DNA from: an uncultured bacterium
Lineage (GTDB): Bacteria > Fidelibacterota > Marinisomatia > Marinisomatales > TCS55
DNA length: 64,000 bases
Direction: 5' to 3'
NCBI GenBank assembly: GCA_964582455.1
Contig: CAZORD010000001.1
Coordinates: forward strand, 9,693 to 73,692
A program made the translations under genes and the position numbers. Position 1 is the stretch's first letter. Each line of letters opens with the position of its first letter. Shown piece by piece: positions 18,716-26,515 of the stretch. Below the pieces are notes generated by a model. The model was not told the DNA's origin. It ran no database searches and saw only the letters and a list, made by a program, of their open reading frames with translations.

Positions 18716-19414
18716 TTATTTTTTGCTTGGTTTTACGAATTTGAAATCCAAGGTGGTTGTATCATTTCCAACTGTTACAGATTGAGTGATAATTCGCTTG
18801 GAGCCAAACTTTTCCTGCCAGGCAACCACTTCATATTCACCTGCCGGAACACCGGAAATAGCATATTTTCCATCAACTCCTGAAACAGCGAAATATGGAT
18901 GATCAAAAACCTGGACGTATGATTTCATCCAGGGATGCACATCGCACTTAATCACAAAAACATCTTCTGGTTTTTTAAAAGTAACTGATCTTTCTTTGAC
19001 TGTTTTTGGCATTCCAAAATTGAATTCCTTATTTAATTTTGGTAATCCATGTATGTTATGCATGGTGGGGTCACTATTGAGAATTTTTAATTCCTGTCCA
19101 GCTTGCATACCAAAAACATGGGGTGAGTACATACATCCATTTTGGTCTATAACTGCAGCATTTGCAGGGACCGTATCTGCAGATGCATTCTTGAGATATA
19201 CCAGCACGTTTGCCAAATGTCCATTTTCATCTACGATAAAGCTTTCAGTATATACTGCATCCTGATGTGCTGCGCCGCATACCGGATCTGAATCCATACG
19301 CAATGTTTTTTTCTTTGGGATCTTTCCTTCATACGTGACCGTTCCTGTCAAGTCGCCTCCGAATAGGGTGGAGGATATACCGACAATAGTCACTATTGAA
19401 ATAATTTTTTTCAT
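18716..19414 (-). CDS. Exported cupredoxin-like protein with carboxypeptidase-regulatory-like beta-sandwich
   Basis: Signal peptide; NSDPTMHNIH...IKCDVHPWM resembles type-1 Cu ligands H, C, H, M; VPAGEYEVVAW. Confidence 0.75.
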   Translation of the reverse strand: MKKIISIVTIVGISSTLFGGDLTGTVTYEGKIPKKKTLRMDSDPVCGAAHQDAVYTESFIVDENGHLANVLVYLKNASADTVPANAAVIDQNGCMYSPHVFGMQAGQELKILNSDPTMHNIHGLPKLNKEFNFGMPKTVKERSVTFKKPEDVFVIKCDVHPWMKSYVQVFDHPYFAVSGVDGKYAISGVPAGEYEVVAWQEKFGSKRIITQSVTVGNDTTTLDFKFVKPSKK

Positions 19415-19622
19415 TATTTGATTTCTCCTGTCTATTAATTTAAATCTTTATAAAGCCGATGAATTTAGATGATTTCATCTGTGAAAATGAATAAGGAAAT
19501 AGGGTTTATATATATAAAATTTCAACTAAATTTATTTTAAATATTAACCTATTATTTATAAATTCATCGTCTATAGTATTAATAAATTTGATTTACTTCC
19601 AAACATTTTACAGGAGTTAATT

Positions 19623-21341
19623 ATTAGTACAGATCATCACCACGAAGAAAGTTTTTGGCGTAAATATATTTTCTCCATTGATCATAAGATCATTGGACTG
19701 CAATATGGCATAACCAGCATGCTATTTCTATTGTTTGGGTTCTGCTTGGTGCTGATTATGCGCTGGCAGCTGGCGTATCCGGAAGAAGTTGTGCCCATAG
19801 TCGGAAAATTACTGGGTGAGGGTGGTATACTCCTTCCTGAAATTTATAATTCCCTTGGTGCGATGCACGGAACCATCATGATCTTTTTGGGTATTGTTCC
19901 TCTGGCGGTTGGTGCCTTTGGTAATTATTTCGTGCCCCTCCAAATTGGCGCGCCGGACATGGCTTTCCCCAAATTAAATATGACCAGTTACTGGTGTTAT
20001 TTCGTTGGCGGGGTCATTATGCTGGCCAGTTTCTTTTCCCCAGAAGGAGCAGCCCGTTCCGGGTGGACCTCTTACCCTCCCTTGGCAGATATAGAAGTGG
20101 GGCAGACCTATTGGCTTGTTGGTATGGTGTTTTTAATCACATCATCATTGCTGGGCTCCATAAACTTTCTTACAACCATTATTCAATTGCGAGCCCCGGG
20201 ATTAACCTGGATGCGCTTGCCATTCTTTGTTTGGACACAGTTTGTTACTGCTTTTTTATTGGTCCTTGCATTTCCACCCCTGGAAGCAGCAGCTGTTCTG
20301 CAGTTGATGGACAGGGTAGCCGGAACAAGTTTTTTCCTGCCCAGTGGTTTAGTCGTCTCTGGTGAAGTGTTGAATGTGAGTGGTGGCGGCAGTCCCCTTT
20401 TATGGCAGCACTTATTCTGGTTTCTGGCCCATCCGGAAGTATATGTGTTAATACTGCCGGCTATGGGTATCGTAGGCGAGGTTATTGCTAATAATTCACG
20501 CAAACCCATTTGGGGTTATAAATCGTTGGTCTATGCTGTAATATTTTTGGGTTTCATGTCTTTTATTGTTTGGGCACACCATATGTTTATTACAGGAATG
20601 GGCAGTGCCATGAGCGCATTTTTCCAAACAACGACCATGATCATTTCCATTCCTTCAATAATTATTCTTTCCGCTTTTTTTATTTCACTCTGGGGGGGCT
20701 CGATCCGCTTTAATACACCCATGCTGTTCGCTTTGGCGTTTCTACCGATGTTTGGGATTGGCGGGCTGACAGGGTTGCCATTGGGATTGGCTGCAGCCGA
20801 TATCTACCTTCATGATACATATTATGTCATTGGCCACTTTCATTATGTTGTAGCTCCGGGAACAATTTTTGCATTGTTCGCAGGAATTTATTATTGGTTC
20901 CCAAAAATGACAGGAAGAAAATTGAGCGAAACACTTGGTAAACTACATTTCTGGCCATCACTGATTTTTATGAATGGTGTTTTTATGCCCATGTTCATTC
21001 AGGGTTTGGCCGGTGTTTCCCGTCGTTTATGGGATGGCGGATTAGAATACGCCCATGCATCGGGAACCTTGCAATGGAACGAATTCATGTCAATTTCAGC
21101 GTGGTTATTGGGTTTGGCGCAGATACCTTTTATCATTAACATTTTTTATAGCTTAAAAAATGGTGAAAAAACAGATAAGAATCCCTGGGAGTCTACGACA
21201 TTGGAATGGACAGCGCCTTCCCCGCCACTACCCCATGTGAATTTTGAGACGATTCCGGAAGTACATCGAGATCCTTATGAATACAGTGTTCCGGGACGGA
21301 AGCGGGATTACACACCACAAACTGAACCGAAAAAAGGGTAA
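19623..21341 (+). CDS. coxA: Heme-copper oxidase subunit I, A family; probable ATT start
   Basis: HGTIM, PDMAFPKLN, AHPEVY, WAHH, GHFHY, SRR. Conserved FSIDHKIIG lies upstream of the first ATG (19719), in frame from ATT 19623 behind AGGAG. Confidence 0.92.
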   Translation: MSTDHHHEESFWRKYIFSIDHKIIGLQYGITSMLFLLFGFCLVLIMRWQLAYPEEVVPIVGKLLGEGGILLPEIYNSLGAMHGTIMIFLGIVPLAVGAFGNYFVPLQIGAPDMAFPKLNMTSYWCYFVGGVIMLASFFSPEGAARSGWTSYPPLADIEVGQTYWLVGMVFLITSSLLGSINFLTTIIQLRAPGLTWMRLPFFVWTQFVTAFLLVLAFPPLEAAAVLQLMDRVAGTSFFLPSGLVVSGEVLNVSGGGSPLLWQHLFWFLAHPEVYVLILPAMGIVGEVIANNSRKPIWGYKSLVYAVIFLGFMSFIVWAHHMFITGMGSAMSAFFQTTTMIISIPSIIILSAFFISLWGGSIRFNTPMLFALAFLPMFGIGGLTGLPLGLAAADIYLHDTYYVIGHFHYVVAPGTIFALFAGIYYWFPKMTGRKLSETLGKLHFWPSLIFMNGVFMPMFIQGLAGVSRRLWDGGLEYAHASGTLQWNEFMSISAWLLGLAQIPFIINIFYSLKNGEKTDKNPWESTTLEWTAPSPPLPHVNFETIPEVHRDPYEYSVPGRKRDYTPQTEPKKG

Positions 21342-21344
21342 ATA

Positions 21345-21944
21345 TTGATGGAAATACCGTATACAATTGAAGAACGCCCGGATACTGGATTAATCAATTC
21401 CAAACTGGGAATCTGGTTATTCCTGGCTTCAGAAGTCATGCTGTTCGGCGGGTTATTTTCAGCGTATGTATTCTTGCGCATGGGCGCTCCGGCAGGTGCT
21501 TTTCATGAATGGGGTCAAGAATTAAATGTTCCATTAGCAACATTGAATACACTGATCCTGATCTCGTCAAGTGTTACGATGGTCATGTCCTGGGCTTCGC
21601 TGAAAATGAATGATTTCAAAAAATTCAAAATGTACATGGGTTTAACATTATTATGCTCTCTTGGGTTTTTAGTCATTAAATACATTGAATACACGTCTAA
21701 ATTTCATCATGGTATTTTTCCCAGTACGAATACATTTATGGCTATTTATTTTACTTTAACCGGACTCCATGGTTTACACGTGATTGGCGGTATGATCGTC
21801 AATGGTTATTTCATAGGTCCGGGTTCTAAAATGTGGTCAACGGAACCTAAACATTTCACAAACCGGATTGAAGTCGCCGGTCTGTATTGGCACTTCGTTG
21901 ACCTGGTATGGATCTTCCTTTTTCCGGTTCTTTATTTGCTGTAG
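21345..21944 (+). CDS. coxC: Cytochrome c oxidase subunit III
   Basis: WLFLASEVMLF, TGLHGLHV, LYWHFVDLVW. Confidence 0.93.
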   Translation: MMEIPYTIEERPDTGLINSKLGIWLFLASEVMLFGGLFSAYVFLRMGAPAGAFHEWGQELNVPLATLNTLILISSSVTMVMSWASLKMNDFKKFKMYMGLTLLCSLGFLVIKYIEYTSKFHHGIFPSTNTFMAIYFTLTGLHGLHVIGGMIVNGYFIGPGSKMWSTEPKHFTNRIEVAGLYWHFVDLVWIFLFPVLYLL

Positions 21945-21952
21945 GAGGTATC

Positions 21953-22258
21953 ATGAGTGAACACAGTATGGATGATATAAAAAGTCATGTAAAGGTTTAC
22001 ATGCTGGTCTTCGCAGCATTGGCGGTGCTGACTGTCGTTACGGTAGCAGCATCCTATTTGAATTTGAGCACAGGTGAAGCCATTTTTCTGGCGTTATTAA
22101 TCGCCTCGATTAAAGGTTCTCTTGTAGCCAGTTATTTTATGCATTTAATTTCCGAAAAAGCTCTCATTACATGGATTTTGATGCTAACTCTTGCTTTCTT
22201 TTTTATCCTCATGTTTATTCCCACTGTTGCTTTTTTCGATTGGGTGGACATTTCATGA
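21953..22258 (+). CDS. Cytochrome c oxidase subunit IV family protein
   Basis: LAVLTVVTV, IASIKGSLVASYFMHL; ATG 21953 follows AGGAGG. Confidence 0.85.
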   Translation: MSEHSMDDIKSHVKVYMLVFAALAVLTVVTVAASYLNLSTGEAIFLALLIASIKGSLVASYFMHLISEKALITWILMLTLAFFFILMFIPTVAFFDWVDIS

Positions 22259-22446
22259 TATCCCTAAAAACATTTCATCTGTTTTTCATTATGATGTCAA
22301 TCATATTGACAGTATGGTTTGCCATATATGAATTGCAATTGGATCAAAATGGAACGGCAACTACTTTAGCCATTGTTTCACTTATGATTACCGCTGGTTT
22401 AGTTGTTTATGGTCTGAAAGTGTATAAGAAATTCAAAACATTATAA
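22255..22446 (+). CDS. Small two-TM hypothetical protein in the oxidase operon
   Basis: MISLKTFHLFFI...; ATGA overlap with the upstream gene; two hydrophobic helices. Confidence 0.7.
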   Translation: MISLKTFHLFFIMMSIILTVWFAIYELQLDQNGTATTLAIVSLMITAGLVVYGLKVYKKFKTL

Positions 22447-22676
22447 TGATAAAAAAAATAAGTGTATTCATTTTTGTGTTTGTTTTCCAAACTGCTTGGG
22501 CATGTGCAACGTGCTACGGTGCTCCGGATTCCCCGGCAACCCACGGCATGAATGGCGCTATTTGGACACTATTAATCATTACCGGTGGTGTTTTATCAAG
22601 TATCGTTGCCGGTATCATATCGTTACGCAACCGTGCAAAAACTTTTATGAAAAACCAAAACAATCGACTGCTTTAG
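22446..22676 (+). CDS. Small membrane protein with exported CxxC (ACATCYG)
   Basis: Signal-like N-terminus, CATC, second TM helix; translationally coupled. Confidence 0.7.
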   Translation: MIKKISVFIFVFVFQTAWACATCYGAPDSPATHGMNGAIWTLLIITGGVLSSIVAGIISLRNRAKTFMKNQNNRLL

Positions 22677-22688
22677 GATTAGGTATTT

Positions 22689-23528
22689 ATGTATGAACTT
22701 CTTCATTATTTAGGTTTACCGATTAATATGTCAATCGATGGTCCTGCTATCGATGAGGTGATCATTTTGACACATTGGCTGATGCTGATACTTTTTGTCG
22801 GGTGGGGCGCATTTTTTATTATGTCGCTGATCAAATTCAGAAGTTCAAAGAATGCCCATGCAGACCATGATGGTGTAAAAACGCATATTTCATCTGTACT
22901 TGAAGTTGTTGTTGCAGTAATTGAGATAATACTATTAGTAGGTTTTGCGTTACCCATCTGGGCTAGCCGTATCGATGATGTACCTGAAGCTAATAGCGGC
23001 GCAGTCCATGCCCAGGTGATCGCTCAGCAGTTTGCGTGGAATATCCATTATCCAGGAGATGATGGTATTTTTGGACAGACACTCCCAGGCTTGGTTGATG
23101 AAGTGGAAAATCCCATCGGTCTTGACCGCTCAACAGATGGTGGTGCAGATGACTTCGTAACAATTAATCAGCTGCATATTCCGGTCAATACCAGAATTCG
23201 TTTAGATCTTACGACCAAAGATGTCATTCATAGTTTTTCTTTACCTGAGTTGCGTGTCAAACAAGACGCCATACCGGGAATGAAGATTCCAGTTCATTTT
23301 GAAGCGACCATGACTTCAGATGAATTTCTGTCTGAAATGGTTGGCACTCCCCGGGAAGGTAAGGGCTTGGAGATTTCCTGTGCACAATTGTGCGGTTTAG
23401 GTCATTATCGTATGCGCGGCTTTTTGACAATTCATGATGATCAGGGTTACGCTGATTGGATTGAAGAACAAAAAGCATATATAGAAGAAGAGAGCGATGA
23501 TGATGACTGGGGTGACGATGATTGGTAG
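22689..23528 (+). CDS. coxB: Cytochrome c oxidase subunit II (CuA)
   Basis: QQFAW, DVIHSF, KQDAIPG, CAQLCGLGHYRM. Confidence 0.93.
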   Translation: MYELLHYLGLPINMSIDGPAIDEVIILTHWLMLILFVGWGAFFIMSLIKFRSSKNAHADHDGVKTHISSVLEVVVAVIEIILLVGFALPIWASRIDDVPEANSGAVHAQVIAQQFAWNIHYPGDDGIFGQTLPGLVDEVENPIGLDRSTDGGADDFVTINQLHIPVNTRIRLDLTTKDVIHSFSLPELRVKQDAIPGMKIPVHFEATMTSDEFLSEMVGTPREGKGLEISCAQLCGLGHYRMRGFLTIHDDQGYADWIEEQKAYIEEESDDDDWGDDDW

Positions 23529-23553
23529 ATACTTCCTGTATTAAATTACTTCT

Positions 23554-24528
23554 ATGAAAACAACTAACGTCTGGTTAAGACGTTTTAGTAAACTCACTGT
23601 ACTGGCAACACTTGGGCTAATTTTTGTGGGTGCGCTGGTTAAAAGTTTTGAAGTAGGATTATCCGTACCAGATTGGCCTACCACCTATGGATATCAAATG
23701 TTCGCATTCCCCTGGTCAGATATGGTGGGAGGAATATTTTATGAGCATAGCCATCGAATGTTAGCCACTATTGTTGGGGCCATGACCTTAGGGCTTGCTA
23801 TATGGTTAGGATTAGTCGAAAAAAGAAATAACGTTAAGAAACTTGGCTATGTGGCATTAATTCTTGTGATCATTCAAGGACTTCTTGGCGGGCTAACAGT
23901 TATGTTTTTTCTACCTACGGCTATTTCCATGATCCACGGTATTACTGCACAAACATTTTTTTTAGTTGTCATTTTAATTGCATTTTCTCTCTCAAAAGAA
24001 TTATCAAAAAGTAATAGACAACTCGATTCTAATCGTAACATTGTTATGACATTATTCATCGCTGTTTTTATTCAATTGATCTTGGGTGCTTGGATGCGTC
24101 ATACAGATTCAGGTTTAGCTATTTATGACTTTCCCAAAATGGCCGGGCAATGGATTCCCATCTTTAATGATAAAATGATTACTGCCATCAACGACTGGCG
24201 TTTTAATATGGATTACCCTGAAGTGTCCATGCAGCAAGTTGTGATTCATTTTCTGCATCGTTTGGGTGCGTTTGTCGTTTTAGCTTTAACAATTATGATG
24301 GGTTATCGTTTACATCAAAATAAAAGTGCATATTCAAAAGTGATTCAATTAAATGTTTTTGCTATTTATGTTTTTGTGTTCATGCAAATTTTACTGGGGG
24401 CGCTGACTATCTGGACAGCTAAAAGTCCCTTCATTACCAGTTTTCATGTTATGAATGGTGCCGCTGTTATGGGACTGTGTTTTATCTTATTTTTACGCCT
24501 GTCAGATTTAACTTTATTAAAGAAATAA
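23554..24528 (+). CDS. ctaA: Heme A synthase (COX15/CtaA)
   Basis: PDWP, EHSHR, QGLLGG, HFLHR, multi-TM. Confidence 0.88.
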   Translation: MKTTNVWLRRFSKLTVLATLGLIFVGALVKSFEVGLSVPDWPTTYGYQMFAFPWSDMVGGIFYEHSHRMLATIVGAMTLGLAIWLGLVEKRNNVKKLGYVALILVIIQGLLGGLTVMFFLPTAISMIHGITAQTFFLVVILIAFSLSKELSKSNRQLDSNRNIVMTLFIAVFIQLILGAWMRHTDSGLAIYDFPKMAGQWIPIFNDKMITAINDWRFNMDYPEVSMQQVVIHFLHRLGAFVVLALTIMMGYRLHQNKSAYSKVIQLNVFAIYVFVFMQILLGALTIWTAKSPFITSFHVMNGAAVMGLCFILFLRLSDLTLLKK

Positions 24529-24530
24529 CC

Positions 24531-25412
24531 ATGCGTTTAAAAAAACAACCAGCCAAGAATCAAACAGCAGCTTATATTGAGCTGTTAAAGCCGAATATTC
24601 TGTCATTGGTGCTCGTTTCCACAGTATTGGGATATTACCTTGGGGGTGATGGTATAGATTCATTTATAAGGCTGGGAATAACATTGTTGGGTACAGCATT
24701 TACCGCAGGAGGGGCAGGAGCGTTAAATCATTATTTGGAACGGGATGCGGATAAATTGATGCAGCGCACAAAACACCGTCCCCTTCCTGCTGGTTTGATA
24801 ACTCCCGGAAATGTATTGTTATATGGCATTGTGCTCGTACTTATAGGAACAATAATCCTAGTGCATCAAATCAATCTCCTGACGGGATTTCTTTCCATTC
24901 TTACAGCGTTTCTCTATGTGCTGGTTTATACACCACTAAAGAAAATTACCTGGCTGAATACATCCATCGGTTCAATACCCGGGGCTTTGCCTCCCATGGG
25001 CGGGTGGGCAGCGGCAACAGGGCATCTTGATGCCGGTGCATGGATCATATTTGCCATTATGTTTTTATGGCAGCATCCCCATTTTTATGCCATTGCCTGG
25101 ATGTGCAGGGATGATTATGCTCGTGCAAATTTCAAAATGCTGCCGGTGATCGAACCCAACGGAAAACGCACCATGCGGCAGATCTTTTGGCATTTAACAT
25201 TATTAGTTCCAGTTTCTATTTTGCTCTATGTTGAGGGCAGCGCTGGTTTGATTTATGCCGTCGGTGTCATTTTATTAACAGGTGTATTCCTGTTATCGGC
25301 TTTACCCATGGCTAGAGATAAATCAGTGCAGAACGCTAAGTTGCTGTTAAAATCGTCGGTTATATATTTACCGTTGTTATTATTACTTATTGTGATTGAC
25401 AAAGCAATATGA
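24531..25412 (+). CDS. ctaB: Heme O synthase (protoheme IX farnesyltransferase)
   Basis: ERDADKLMQRTKHRPLP, YTPLKK, WQHPHF; start placed at ATG 24531. Confidence 0.93.
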   Translation: MRLKKQPAKNQTAAYIELLKPNILSLVLVSTVLGYYLGGDGIDSFIRLGITLLGTAFTAGGAGALNHYLERDADKLMQRTKHRPLPAGLITPGNVLLYGIVLVLIGTIILVHQINLLTGFLSILTAFLYVLVYTPLKKITWLNTSIGSIPGALPPMGGWAAATGHLDAGAWIIFAIMFLWQHPHFYAIAWMCRDDYARANFKMLPVIEPNGKRTMRQIFWHLTLLVPVSILLYVEGSAGLIYAVGVILLTGVFLLSALPMARDKSVQNAKLLLKSSVIYLPLLLLLIVIDKAI

Positions 25413-25987
25413 TTTCACAAAGGAACCGCTTTATTATTTATATTGTTGTAGGTGTAATCATCGCTGTCCTGTGGTGGATTACAAAACCGATACAATTGCC
25501 TGTTTTGGGCAGTATACCCAAGTTCGAAATGACTAATTCAAGGGGAGATTCTTTTGGAACAAATGACCTGGCAGGGAAAATCTGGGTCGCTGATTTTATT
25601 TTTACTACGTGTGCGGGACCCTGCCCGATCATGAGTACTGAAATGGCTGATATTCATAAAACATTTCTTAAAAACAATGATATTCGTACTGTTACATACA
25701 CAGTCAACCCGGATTATGATACCCCTACAGTTTTAGCCGCATATGCGGAAAGATTCAATGCCGATAGGTCGCAATGGCATTTCCTGACTGCGCCTTATGA
25801 AGATATTCAAACCATTCTTACTGATGGTTTTATGATGGGTGATATAGAGGAAATAGTATTCCATAGTACCAAATTCGCCTTGATTGACAGGAATATGAAT
25901 ATTAGAGGGTATTATACCGGAACTGAACATGGCGAAGTAGATAAATTGAAGCGCGATATTAAAAGATTAAATTCTGAGGGTTCATAA
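25409..25987 (+). CDS. SCO family copper chaperone
   Basis: FTTCAGPCP, VNPDYDT, HST. Confidence 0.9.
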   Translation: MISQRNRFIIYIVVGVIIAVLWWITKPIQLPVLGSIPKFEMTNSRGDSFGTNDLAGKIWVADFIFTTCAGPCPIMSTEMADIHKTFLKNNDIRTVTYTVNPDYDTPTVLAAYAERFNADRSQWHFLTAPYEDIQTILTDGFMMGDIEEIVFHSTKFALIDRNMNIRGYYTGTEHGEVDKLKRDIKRLNSEGS

Positions 25988-26514
25988 TGCCGATATCAGC
26001 TCAAGCTGACCGCTTCTGGCTGCGCATTATATATATTATTTCATTCGTTATATCCGCCGCGGTGGCTTTTTTGATTTTAGGGCCTCGGCCGGAAGGCTTG
26101 TCAGGTGCGCTGGATGTATCAGGCCTGCCCAAAGTAAACGCCACCCTTAACTGCATCACTGCTATTTTACTGGTTATTGGTTATGTTTTAATCAGGAAGA
26201 AGAAGCGCTTGGCTCATAAAAACGTCATGTTGACATCATTTGGCACATCAGCAGCATTTCTCATAACCTACATAATCTATCACTGGTTCAAGAGCGGGCC
26301 TAAACTTTATACTGGTGATTATGTGTCATTTTACTATTTTATACTCATAACCCATATTGTGCTTGCCGCTGCAATTATTCCCATGGCTCTGATTACACTA
26401 TACCGCGGGTGGACGGATCAAATAACTAAACACCGCAAAATAGCTAAAATCACACTACCGGTTTGGCTGTATGTTTCTGTAACAGGTGTATTGGTTTATA
26501 ATATGCTATATTAG
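25987..26514 (+). CDS. DUF420 family membrane protein
   Basis: HKNVM, LITHIVLA, HRKIAKITLPVWLYVSVTGV. Confidence 0.85.
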   Translation: MPISAQADRFWLRIIYIISFVISAAVAFLILGPRPEGLSGALDVSGLPKVNATLNCITAILLVIGYVLIRKKKRLAHKNVMLTSFGTSAAFLITYIIYHWFKSGPKLYTGDYVSFYYFILITHIVLAAAIIPMALITLYRGWTDQITKHRKIAKITLPVWLYVSVTGVLVYNMLY

Positions 26515-26515
26515 T

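Noticed and set aside
19415-19611. Search for an FNR/CRP-type box in the divergent cox promoter region
   Set aside because: No convincing TTGAT-N4-ATCAA; only a weak gatgaa...ttcatc inverted repeat.
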